From Escherichia phage vB-Eco-KMB40: 64,000 nt of DNA. Under the pieces are notes generated by a model. That model did no database searches and was not told the origin of the DNA. It was given only the letters and a program-made list of their open reading frames with translations. The DNA is taken from sequence record OR539220.1; one strand, given 5' to 3'. Shown piece after piece: positions 55,819-64,000 of the stretch. A program made the position numbers and the translations under genes. Position 1 is the stretch's first letter. Every line of letters starts with the position of its first letter.

Positions 55819-56934
55819 ATGGAAAAATTTATGGCAGAGTTTGGACAAGGATACGTCCAAACGCCATTTTTATCGGAAAGCAATTCAGTAAGATACAAAA
55901 TAAGTATAGCGGGTTCTTGCCCGCTTTCTACCGCAGGACCATATGTTAAATTTCAGGATAATCCTGTAGGAAATCAAACATTTAGCACAGGTCTTCATTT
56001 AAGAGTTTTTGATCCTTCTACAGGAGCATTAGTTGATAGTAAGTCATATGCTTTTTCTACTTCAAATGATACTACATCAACTGCTTTTGTTAGTTTCATG
56101 AATTCTTTGACGAATAATAGAATTGTTGCTATATTAACTAGCGGAAAGGTTAATTTTCCTCCTGAAGTAGTATCTTGGTTAAGAACAGCAGGAACGTCTG
56201 CTTTTCCATCTGACTCTGTACTGTCAAGATTTGATGTATCATATGCTGCTTTTTACACTTCTTCTAAAAGAGCTATCGCATTAGAGCATGTTAAACTGAG
56301 TAACAGAAAAAGCACAGATGATTATCAAACTATTTTAGATGTTGTATTTGACAGTTTAGAAGACGTTGGAGCTACCGGGTTTCCAAGAAGAACATATGAA
56401 AGCGTTGAGCAGTTTATGTCAGAGGTTGGTGGAACTAATAACGAAATTGCGCGTCTACCAACTTCAGCTGCTATAAGTAAATTATCTGATTATAATTTAA
56501 TTCCAGGCGATGTTCTTTATCTTAAAGCACAACTATATGCTGATGCCGATTTACTTGCTCTTGGAACTACGAATATATCCATTAGATTTTATAATGAATC
56601 GGATGGATATATTTCTTCAACATATGCTGAGTTTACTGGTCAAGCTGGGTCATGGGAATTAAAGGAAGACTATGTAGTTGTTCCTGAAAATGCGGTAGGA
56701 TTTACGATATATGCACAAAGAACTGCCCAAGCAGGTCAAGGAGGCATGAGAAATTTAAGCTTTTCTGAAGTATCAAGAAATGGCGGCATTTCAAAACCTG
56801 CTGAATTTGGCGTCAACGGTATTCGCGTTAATTATGTCTGTGAATCCGCTTCGCCTCCAGATATAATGGTACTTCCTACACAAGCATCGTCTAAAACTGG
56901 TAAAGTGTTTGGACAAGAATTTAGAGAAGTTTAA
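55819..56934 (+). CDS. 35: Long tail fibre hinge protein gp35
   Basis: 371 aa; position and length as T4 gp35. Confidence 0.85.
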   Translation: MEKFMAEFGQGYVQTPFLSESNSVRYKISIAGSCPLSTAGPYVKFQDNPVGNQTFSTGLHLRVFDPSTGALVDSKSYAFSTSNDTTSTAFVSFMNSLTNNRIVAILTSGKVNFPPEVVSWLRTAGTSAFPSDSVLSRFDVSYAAFYTSSKRAIALEHVKLSNRKSTDDYQTILDVVFDSLEDVGATGFPRRTYESVEQFMSEVGGTNNEIARLPTSAAISKLSDYNLIPGDVLYLKAQLYADADLLALGTTNISIRFYNESDGYISSTYAEFTGQAGSWELKEDYVVVPENAVGFTIYAQRTAQAGQGGMRNLSFSEVSRNGGISKPAEFGVNGIRVNYVCESASPPDIMVLPTQASSKTGKVFGQEFREV

Positions 56935-56940
56935 ATTGAG

Positions 56941-56961
56941 GGAGCCTTCGGGTTCCCTTTT
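56941..56961 (+). terminator. Terminator hairpin after gene 35 (UUCG tetraloop)
   Basis: GGAGCC-TTCG-GGTTCC followed by TTTTT. Confidence 0.55.
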
Positions 56962-56965
56962 TCTT

Positions 56966-56973
56966 TATAAATA
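56966..56973 (+). promoter_or_regulatory. Candidate late promoter for genes 36-37-38
   Basis: Exact TATAAATA 24 nt upstream of ATG 56997, directly after the gene 35 terminator. Confidence 0.5.
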
Positions 56974-56996
56974 CTATTAAAATAAAGGGGCATACA

Positions 56997-57653
56997 ATGG
57001 CTGATTTAAAAGTAGGTTCAACAACCGGAGGCTCTGTCATTTGGCATCAAGGAAATTTTCCATTGAATCCAGCTGGTGACGATGTACTCTATAAATCATT
57101 TAAAATATATTCAGAATATAATAAACCACAAGCTGCTGATAACGATTTCGTTTCTAAAGCTAATGGTGGTACTTATTTAAATAAAGTAATTTTTAATAAA
57201 GGAATGACTGTTCCTGGCGCAGGGTCAGGTGATAATGGTATTTTTGCTGGTCCTGGTGATAGTGCCACGTATGATACTACAAATATGGATATTGTTTCGT
57301 GGTATGGTATTGGTTTTAAATCATCACAAGGAACAGCAGGTAGAACTGTAGTAATTAACACGCGAAATGGAGATATTAGCTCAAAGGGTGTAATTGAAGC
57401 ATCACAAATCCGTGTAACTTCGTTATCACCGGTAAATAATTATGACCTTACGCGGAAAGATTATGTTGATGGAGCAATAAATATTGTTACAGCAAACGCA
57501 AACTCTAGGGTATTACGCTCTGGAGACACTATGACAGGAAATTTAACTGCGCCAAACCTTTTTTCACAGAATCCTGCGTCTCAACCCTCGCATGTTCCAC
57601 GATTTGATCAAATTGTTATTAAGGATTCTGTTCAAGATTTCGGCTATTATTAA
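56997..57653 (+). CDS. 36: Long tail fibre distal connector gp36
   Basis: 218 aa; late promoter and terminator hairpin upstream. Confidence 0.85.
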   Translation: MADLKVGSTTGGSVIWHQGNFPLNPAGDDVLYKSFKIYSEYNKPQAADNDFVSKANGGTYLNKVIFNKGMTVPGAGSGDNGIFAGPGDSATYDTTNMDIVSWYGIGFKSSQGTAGRTVVINTRNGDISSKGVIEASQIRVTSLSPVNNYDLTRKDYVDGAINIVTANANSRVLRSGDTMTGNLTAPNLFSQNPASQPSHVPRFDQIVIKDSVQDFGYY

Positions 57654-57661
57654 GAGGACTT

Positions 57662-60600
57662 ATGGCTACTTTAAAACAAATACAATTTAAAAGAAGCAAA
57701 ACTGCAGGAGCACGTCCTGCCGCTTCAGTATTAGCCGAAGGCGAATTGGCTATAAACTTAAAAGACCGTGTACTTTTTACTAAAGATGACCAAGGAAATA
57801 TTATTGATCTGGGTTTTGCTAAAGGCGGTAGTATTGACGGGAATGTTATTCATACAGGCAATTATAACCAAACTGGCGATTATACTTTAGATGGCACCTT
57901 CACTCAGACTGGTAATTTTAATTTAACTGGTATTGCTCGAGTAACTCGCGATATTATTGCCGCTGGGCAGATTATGACTGAAGGCGGAGAACTTATTACA
58001 AAAAGTTCAGGTACAGCGCATGTTCGTTTTTTCGATGGCAATAGTCGCGAACGTGGAATCATTTATTCCCCGGCTAATGATGGTTTAACTACACAAGTAC
58101 TTAATATCAGGGTTCAAGACTACGCCGCTGGTAGCGAAAGCACTTATGCATTTTCAGGCAGTGGCCTATTTACTTCACCTGAAGTATCAGCATGGAAATC
58201 TATTTCGTCTCCACAAATTCTGACCGACAAAGTTATTACAAACGGGAAGAAGGCAGGAGATTATGATATCTATTCATTAGCAAATAACACCCCATTATCT
58301 GAAAGCACTACTGCTATTAATCATCTTCGTGTCATGCGTAATGCCGTAGGTGCAGGTATTTTTCATGAGGTTAAAGACAATGATGGGATAACTTGGTATA
58401 CAGGTGATGGACTTGACGCTTATCTTTGGTCGTTTACATGGTCCGGTGGATTGAAAGCGGGTCATTCTATTTCTATAGGCACCCCAGGCGGCCCTAAAGG
58501 ATATTCTGAATTAGGAACGTCCTCAATTGCTTTAGGAGATAATGATACTGGGTTTAAATGGCATCAAGACGGATATTATTTTAGCGTTAATAATGGAACG
58601 AAAACATTTTTATTTAGTCCTAGCGAAACAACTAGCCTAAGAAAATTTGTAGCTGGATATTCTACCAACGGAACCGATTTAACTACTCCTCCAACTGAAA
58701 ACTATGCTCTTGCTACTGTAGTGACATACCACGATAATAACGCGTTTGGAGATGGTCAGACTCTTTTAGGATATTATCAAGGCGGTAATTATCATCACTA
58801 TTTCCGTGGTAAGGGTACTACAAACATTAATACTCATGGCGGTTTGTTAGTTACTCCTGGTAATATTGACGTTATTGGTGGTTCTGTTAATATCGATGGT
58901 ATAAATAATGCTTCTACACTGTTGTTTAGAGGTAACACAACTGGTAGTAGTTCAGTTGATAATATGACAATTTCTGTTTGGGGTAATACGTTTACTAATC
59001 CTAGTGTAGGTAATCGTAAAAATGTCATGGAAATTTCTGATCCAACTAGTTGGATGAGCTATATTCAAAGACTTACAACAGGTGAAGTAGAAATGAACGT
59101 TAACGGTTCATTTGAATCATCTGGTGTTACTGCTGGAAATAGGGGAGTTCACACAACAGGCGAAATTTCATCTGGAGCAGTGAATGCTCTTCGCATTTGG
59201 AATGCAGATTATGGAGCTATTTTTAGACGTTCAGAAGGAAGTCTTCATATTATTCCAACTGCTTATGGTGAAGGTAAAAATGGTGATATCGGTCCACTTC
59301 GCCCGTTTAGTATGGCTTTAGATACTGGTAAAGTTACTATTCCAGATTTACAATCAAGTTACAATACGTTCGCAGCAAACGGCTATATTAAATTTACTGG
59401 TCATGGCGCAGGCGCTGGTGGTTATGATATTCAATATGTTCAAGCGGCTCCTATTTTCCAGGAAATCGATGATGATGCTGTAAGCAAATATTATCCTATT
59501 GTTAAACAGAAGTTTTTAAACGGTAAAGCCGTTTGGTCTTTAGGTACTGAAATTAATTCGGGTACATTCGTTATTCATCATCTGAAAGAAGATGGATCAC
59601 AAGGCCATACGTCTCGTTTTAATCAAGACGGTACTGTTAACTTCCCTGATAACGTTCAGGTCGGCGGCGGTGAAGCTACTATTGCTCGTAATGGTAATAT
59701 TTTCTCGGATATTTGGAAATCGTTTACTTCTGCAGGAGACACTACAAATATTCGCGATGCTATTGCGACTCGTGTTTCGAAAGAAGGCGACACGATGACA
59801 GGTCGCTTAACTCTTAATGCAAACTCTGATGCCATCGTTATTAATAGCACGGCAACCGAATCTGGCTATTTGAAAGGACAAAAAGCAGGCGTTGATAACT
59901 GGTATGTAGGTAATGGTGGTGCTGATAATGCCATATCGTTTTATAGTTTCCAAAATAGATCAGGCATATATGTTAATAATGGTGGTGATATTGCTTTAAA
60001 CCCGGAAGGGTCTGCCACTTTTAATTTTAATAGGGACCGAATTTATATAAATGGGTCAGTCTGGACCGCACACCAGGCTGGTGACTGGGGTAACCAATGG
60101 CGTCAAGAAGCTCCTATATTTGTGGATTTTGGTAGTGTCGGTAATGATAGTTATTATCCTATTATTAAAGGAAAATCTGTTATTACGAATGAAGGATACA
60201 TATCTGGTGTTGATTTCGGTATGCGACGCATTCCTAATAACTGGGCTCAGGCTATTATCCGTGTTGGTAACCAGGAAAATGCTAGCGATCCGCAAGCTAT
60301 CTTCGAATTCCACTATAATGGAAACATGTACGTTCCTGACATGGTTAAAGCTGGAGTAAGAATATCAGCTGGTGGAGGTGACCCTGTATGGACAGGCGCA
60401 TGTGTTGTTATTGGTGATAATGACACCGGATTAGTTCATGGTGGTGACGGCCGAATCAATATGGTTGCCAATGGTATACATATTGCAAACTGGGGAGCAG
60501 GCTATCAATCTCATCCTGGGCTTTGGGATTCAACCGGTGCTTTTTGGACAGAAGTTGGAAGAGCTATCGTTTCTCATGGGCATCTCGTTCAGGCAAATGA

Positions 60601-60973
60601 TAGTTATTCAACGTTTGTCCGTGATGTTTATGTCCGTTCTGATATTCGTGTTAAAAAAGACCTCGTTAAATTTGAAAATGCTTCTCAGAAGCTTTCTAAA
60701 ATTAACGGTTACACTTATATGCAGAAACGTGGAACGGACGAAGAAGGCAATCAGAAATGGGAACCTAACGCCGGTTTGATAGCCCAAGAAGTTCAAGCTA
60801 TTTTACCAGAATTAGTTGAAGGTGACCCTGATGGCGAAGCTTTACTTCGTTTGAACTATAACGGTGTAATTGGTTTAAATACAGCTGCAATAAATGAACA
60901 TACTACAGAAATTGCGGAACTTAAATCAGAAATTGAAGAACTTAAAGCATTAGTTAAATCATTGTTAAAATAA
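57662..60973 (+). CDS. 37: Long tail fibre distal subunit gp37 with C-terminal intramolecular-chaperone-like domain
   Basis: 1103 aa; last 111 aa begin SDIRVKKDL...[16 protein letters not shown] and end in a coiled coil, resembling S74-type chaperone/autocleavage domains. Confidence 0.85.
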   Translation: MATLKQIQFKRSKTAGARPAASVLAEGELAINLKDRVLFTKDDQGNIIDLGFAKGGSIDGNVIHTGNYNQTGDYTLDGTFTQTGNFNLTGIARVTRDIIAAGQIMTEGGELITKSSGTAHVRFFDGNSRERGIIYSPANDGLTTQVLNIRVQDYAAGSESTYAFSGSGLFTSPEVSAWKSISSPQILTDKVITNGKKAGDYDIYSLANNTPLSESTTAINHLRVMRNAVGAGIFHEVKDNDGITWYTGDGLDAYLWSFTWSGGLKAGHSISIGTPGGPKGYSELGTSSIALGDNDTGFKWHQDGYYFSVNNGTKTFLFSPSETTSLRKFVAGYSTNGTDLTTPPTENYALATVVTYHDNNAFGDGQTLLGYYQGGNYHHYFRGKGTTNINTHGGLLVTPGNIDVIGGSVNIDGINNASTLLFRGNTTGSSSVDNMTISVWGNTFTNPSVGNRKNVMEISDPTSWMSYIQRLTTGEVEMNVNGSFESSGVTAGNRGVHTTGEISSGAVNALRIWNADYGAIFRRSEGSLHIIPTAYGEGKNGDIGPLRPFSMALDTGKVTIPDLQSSYNTFAANGYIKFTGHGAGAGGYDIQYVQAAPIFQEIDDDAVSKYYPIVKQKFLNGKAVWSLGTEINSGTFVIHHLKEDGSQGHTSRFNQDGTVNFPDNVQVGGGEATIARNGNIFSDIWKSFTSAGDTTNIRDAIATRVSKEGDTMTGRLTLNANSDAIVINSTATESGYLKGQKAGVDNWYVGNGGADNAISFYSFQNRSGIYVNNGGDIALNPEGSATFNFNRDRIYINGSVWTAHQAGDWGNQWRQEAPIFVDFGSVGNDSYYPIIKGKSVITNEGYISGVDFGMRRIPNNWAQAIIRVGNQENASDPQAIFEFHYNGNMYVPDMVKAGVRISAGGGDPVWTGACVVIGDNDTGLVHGGDGRINMVANGIHIANWGAGYQSHPGLWDSTGAFWTEVGRAIVSHGHLVQANDSYSTFVRDVYVRSDIRVKKDLVKFENASQKLSKINGYTYMQKRGTDEEGNQKWEPNAGLIAQEVQAILPELVEGDPDGEALLRLNYNGVIGLNTAAINEHTTEIAELKSEIEELKALVKSLLK

Positions 60974-60978
60974 TAAGA

Positions 60979-60992
60979 GGGGCTTCTGCCCC
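60979..60992 (+). other. Hairpin between genes 37 and 38 (no T-run)
   Basis: GGGGC-TTCT-GCCCC immediately before the gene 38 RBS. Confidence 0.4.
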
Positions 60993-61004
60993 TTGGAGGT
61001 TTAT

Positions 61005-61781
61005 ATGGCAGTAACAGGACCGTGGGTAGGATCGTCTGCAGTAGTTAATACAGGACAAAATTGGATGGGTGGCGCGGCCCAACGATTAAGAATGGGCATT
61101 CCGTTCTGGATGAGTAATATGATAGGCCGATCTGTTGAAATAATTCACACGCTTGGAGCAGACCATAACTTCAATGGTCAATGGTTCCGAGATAGATGTT
61201 TTGAGGCAGGTAGTGCACCTATAGTGTTTAATATCACTGGAGATTTAGTATCATATTCTAAAGATGTTCCTTTATTCTTCATGTACGGGGATACACCAAA
61301 TGAATATGTTCAGTTGAATATACATGGCGTAACGATGTATGGTCGTGGCGGGAACGGCGGTAGCAATAGTCCTGGCTCAGCTGGGGGTCATTGTATTCAA
61401 AATGATATTGGTGGGAGACTAAGAATTAATAATGGCGGAGCTATTGCAGGTGGCGGTGGCGGCGGCGGTGGCGGTTATTATTCTCCTTTTTCACAAATGA
61501 GATTAACCTTTGGCGGTGGCGGTGGGCGTCCGTTTGGTGCACCTGGCGGATCTATTGATATGCAATCAGGCGCAACTGCTGGTACTATTTCTGCGCCTGG
61601 AGCAGGGTCTGTGAACGGTATCTATAATGGCGGGAATGGTGGTGAAGTTGGCTCCGCAGGAGGTAGATGTAATATTCGTGGTCAAGGATATGAATACGAT
61701 GGCGGAGCTGCTGGTTATGCCGTCATAGGGTCTACGCCGACATGGCAAAACGTTGGAGCAATATATGGTCCAAGAGTATAA
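61005..61781 (+). CDS. 38: Tail fibre adhesin gp38 (T2-type, glycine-rich motifs)
   Basis: ATG 61005 with GGAGG RBS (ORF track starts at TTG 60993); N-terminus [21 protein letters not shown] and poly-Gly blocks as remembered for T2 gp38. Confidence 0.85.
   Translation: MAVTGPWVGSSAVVNTGQNWMGGAAQRLRMGIPFWMSNMIGRSVEIIHTLGADHNFNGQWFRDRCFEAGSAPIVFNITGDLVSYSKDVPLFFMYGDTPNEYVQLNIHGVTMYGRGGNGGSNSPGSAGGHCIQNDIGGRLRINNGGAIAGGGGGGGGGYYSPFSQMRLTFGGGGGRPFGAPGGSIDMQSGATAGTISAPGAGSVNGIYNGGNGGEVGSAGGRCNIRGQGYEYDGGAAGYAVIGSTPTWQNVGAIYGPRV
61449..61475 (+). repeat. GGY trinucleotide tract encoding nine consecutive glycines in gp38
   Basis: GGT GGC GGT GGC GGC GGC GGT GGC GGT in frame. Confidence 0.8.
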
Positions 61782-61811
61782 TTTGAATAAATATCCTTAA
61801 AAGGAGGGTCT

Positions 61812-62468
61812 ATGGCAGCACCTAGAATATCATTTTCGCCCTCTGATATTCTGTTGGGTGTTCTAGATCGCTTGTTCAAAGATAACGCTACCGGGAAAGT
61901 TCTTGCTTCCCGGGTAGCTGTCGTAATTCTTTTATTTATGATGGCGATTGTTTGGTATAGGGGAGATAGTTTCTTTGAGTACTATAAGCAATCAAAGTAT
62001 GAAACATACAGTGAAATTATTGAAAAGGAAAGAAATGCACGCTTTGAATCTGTCGCCCTGGAACAACTCCAGATAGTTCATATATCATCTGAGGCAGACT
62101 TTAGTGCGGTGTATTCTTTCCGCCCTAAAAACTTAAACTATTTTGTTGATATTATAGCATATGAAGGAAAATTACCTTCAACAATAAGTGAAAAATCACT
62201 TGGAGGATATCCTGTTGATAAAACTATGGATGAATATACAGTTCATTTAAATGGACGTCATTATTATTCCAACTCAAAATTTGCTTTTTTACCAACTAAA
62301 AAGCCTACTCCCGAGATAAACTACATGTACAGTTGTCCATATTTTAATTTGGATAATATCTATGCTGGAACGATAACCATGTACTGGTATAGAAATGATC
62401 ATATAAGTAATGACCGCCTTGAATCAATATGTGCTCAGGCGGCCAGAATATTAGGAAGGGCTAAATAA
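61812..62468 (+). CDS. t: Holin T
   Basis: 218 aa as T4 holin; single N-terminal TM segment VAVVILLFMMAIVWY. Confidence 0.9.
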   Translation: MAAPRISFSPSDILLGVLDRLFKDNATGKVLASRVAVVILLFMMAIVWYRGDSFFEYYKQSKYETYSEIIEKERNARFESVALEQLQIVHISSEADFSAVYSFRPKNLNYFVDIIAYEGKLPSTISEKSLGGYPVDKTMDEYTVHLNGRHYYSNSKFAFLPTKKPTPEINYMYSCPYFNLDNIYAGTITMYWYRNDHISNDRLESICAQAARILGRAK

Positions 62469-62741
62469 TTATTTGTTTGTATACATCTCTAGATATCGAT
62501 ATACACCCTCAAAACCCTCGTTGAATTCGTCGATGAGGGTTTTCTTATCTTCTTGAGTTAATTCAGAAACAATTTTACGGAATGAATTCTGATTTAATTT
62601 TCTACCTTCATGCGTTACTCCAATCTCATTTAGAAATGCAATAAAATTAGCACGATTCTCAACAATATCTTCTCTGGAAAATTTAATCAAAATAGACGCA
62701 ACAGTAATAATTTCACGAACTGTATCAATGTTTTTATTCAT
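62469..62741 (-). CDS. asiA: Anti-sigma70 protein AsiA
   Basis: 90 aa; sequence MNKNIDTVREIITVASILIKFSRED matches remembered T4 AsiA. Confidence 0.9.
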   Translation of the reverse strand: MNKNIDTVREIITVASILIKFSREDIVENRANFIAFLNEIGVTHEGRKLNQNSFRKIVSELTQEDKKTLIDEFNEGFEGVYRYLEMYTNK

Positions 62742-62753
62742 TAACTATACCAC

Positions 62754-62906
62754 TCAATTAGTTGACTTTGTTATAATATCATCAGACGCTTGATTTGTAA
62801 ACTGGTCTGTGTTATTTTCTTCAAAAATTTTTTCTACGAATTCCTTGAACGACTCGCGTTCCTGAGCTGCATTATGCTCGATTACCTTTTCAAGATTATG
62901 ACTCAT
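62754..62906 (-). CDS. Possible small acidic protein (50 aa)
   Basis: ORF below track cutoff; its ATG overlaps the upstream gene's TGA stop (ATGA), a typical T4 coupling. Confidence 0.3.
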   Translation of the reverse strand: MSHNLEKVIEHNAAQERESFKEFVEKIFEENNTDQFTNQASDDIITKSTN

Positions 62907-63181
62907 TCGAAATAATCTTCAATTTCATAATCATGGACATAAATCATTATAGTTTTTAATACATCATCAATACTTTTTCCTGGAGCTGGAATTACATAAA
63001 AATATCCTGCTTTTGAGAGGTCTTTATAAGTTCCAATCAAGAAATCATTATTCTCAAGATGCAGTTCTTCAACTAATTCATTAACAATTGAATGGTATAG
63101 GTTTGGTAGAAACTTATATAGCTTTTCTAGAATATCAATTTTGATTGTGTATTGAACCACAGACTGAGAATCAATAATCAT
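62903..63181 (-). CDS. arn: Arn-like anti-restriction protein
   Basis: 92 aa acidic protein next to asiA; assignment from length, position and acidity. Confidence 0.55.
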   Translation of the reverse strand: MIIDSQSVVQYTIKIDILEKLYKFLPNLYHSIVNELVEELHLENNDFLIGTYKDLSKAGYFYVIPAPGKSIDDVLKTIMIYVHDYEIEDYFE

Positions 63182-63467
63182 AGACCTTCCCCTTATGTTT
63201 CTGTTTGCGATTAGATTCTTTAAACGCTTTCTTCTTATCCTTATGAACAGAAGCTTTATTAAAATTATGTTTTGCGACTAAATTGTTCATAGTGCTGAAT
63301 TACCTCTCTCAAACATTTGCATGTGAATGAAAACTTTTTAGCTACACCACATTCAAATATATGTTCTCTTAAATCGCGTGTATCGGTATATCCCATCTCA
63401 ACAATAAAATGCCGTATTAGATTTTTATCTTTATCATTGAGAGAATTAAAAATAATCAGATTTTGAA

Positions 63468-63764
63468 TTAATTTCCCTGGCCAAATTGAATCACCTTCAG
63501 TTGACGTTTTAGTTCTTTTATCATCTCTTCGTTCATTGCAATATAAAGATCGCGTAGAGCAGGTTTTAGCATTCCATTTACTGGAGAACTAAATGGGCAT
63601 ACATAATCTTTTCCTACGAGCTTTTTAGTGAATTCCATATCACAGAACTGAAATGCCGGTTCATTGGCATAAATTCCCCAATTAGTTGACATCATTTTAT
63701 TGGCATATTCTAGTGCCTGGATTTGATTCATAATTCCATCAATTTGAAACTTTTTAATATTCAT
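63468..63764 (-). CDS. Hypothetical protein
   Basis: 98 aa ORF. Confidence 0.45.
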   Translation of the reverse strand: MNIKKFQIDGIMNQIQALEYANKMMSTNWGIYANEPAFQFCDMEFTKKLVGKDYVCPFSSPVNGMLKPALRDLYIAMNEEMIKELKRQLKVIQFGQGN

Positions 63765-63958
63765 TAGTAAAGGTCCTCAGAGTAAAGTTCTTTTTCACTA
63801 CCGCCGCGTTCAATACGTACTTGTCCAGCGTAAGTTGCAATAATCATTGCTTCTTCACGTGTCCAATAATTACTATATTGGTCAATAAACCCTTGGTCAT
63901 CATCACAAACTTGCTGAGTAACTAATTGAGGTTTAACTACATCTAAAACTTCTGCCAT
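63764..63958 (-). CDS. Hypothetical acidic protein
   Basis: 64 aa ORF; start overlaps next gene stop. Confidence 0.4.
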   Translation of the reverse strand: MAEVLDVVKPQLVTQQVCDDDQGFIDQYSNYWTREEAMIIATYAGQVRIERGGSEKELYSEDLY

Positions 63959-64000
63959 ATCTTTAGAATAATGACGAGCACCTGGAATAATAAGAGTTCG

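Overview
This window reads as one contiguous, co-linear segment of a T4-like (T-even, Tequatrovirus-type) myovirus genome, not a bacterial chromosome or prophage. Protein identities below are recognised by eye against remembered T4 proteins, lengths, motifs and gene order; no database search was run. Order across the window: end of tail sheath gene 18, tail tube 19, portal 20, prohead core 67/68/21/22, major capsid 23, vertex 24 (plus strand); rnlB, hoc, inh (minus); segD, uvsW (plus); uvsY, baseplate 25/26 (minus); baseplate hub 51/27/28/29/48/54 (plus); then a long minus-strand early/middle block (two tandem Alt-family ADP-ribosyltransferases, DNA ligase 30, 30.x ORFs, rIII, 31, cd, pseT, a spanin pair, alc, rnlA, denA, nrdB, nrdA, td, frd, 32, 59, 33, dsbA, rnh); then long tail fibre genes 34-35-36-37-38, holin t (plus) and asiA/arn (minus). 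Gene 37 ends in an intramolecular-chaperone-like domain and gene 38 is a glycine-rich adhesin, which is the T2 type of receptor module rather than the T4 type. td and nrdB are uninterrupted (no group I introns). Several ORF-track starts are in-frame TTG/GTG extensions; I moved those to the ATG with a ribosome-binding site where the T4 protein N-terminus was recognisable. No rRNA, tRNA, CRISPR array, integrase or att site was seen. I did not find an obviously new multi-gene system. The most notable points are the intact tandem Alt paralogs, an ORF sitting between frd and td, a NADAR-like/HAD-like pair next to ligase, the host-range module, an 11-bp tandem repeat and a 200-bp ORF-free gap.
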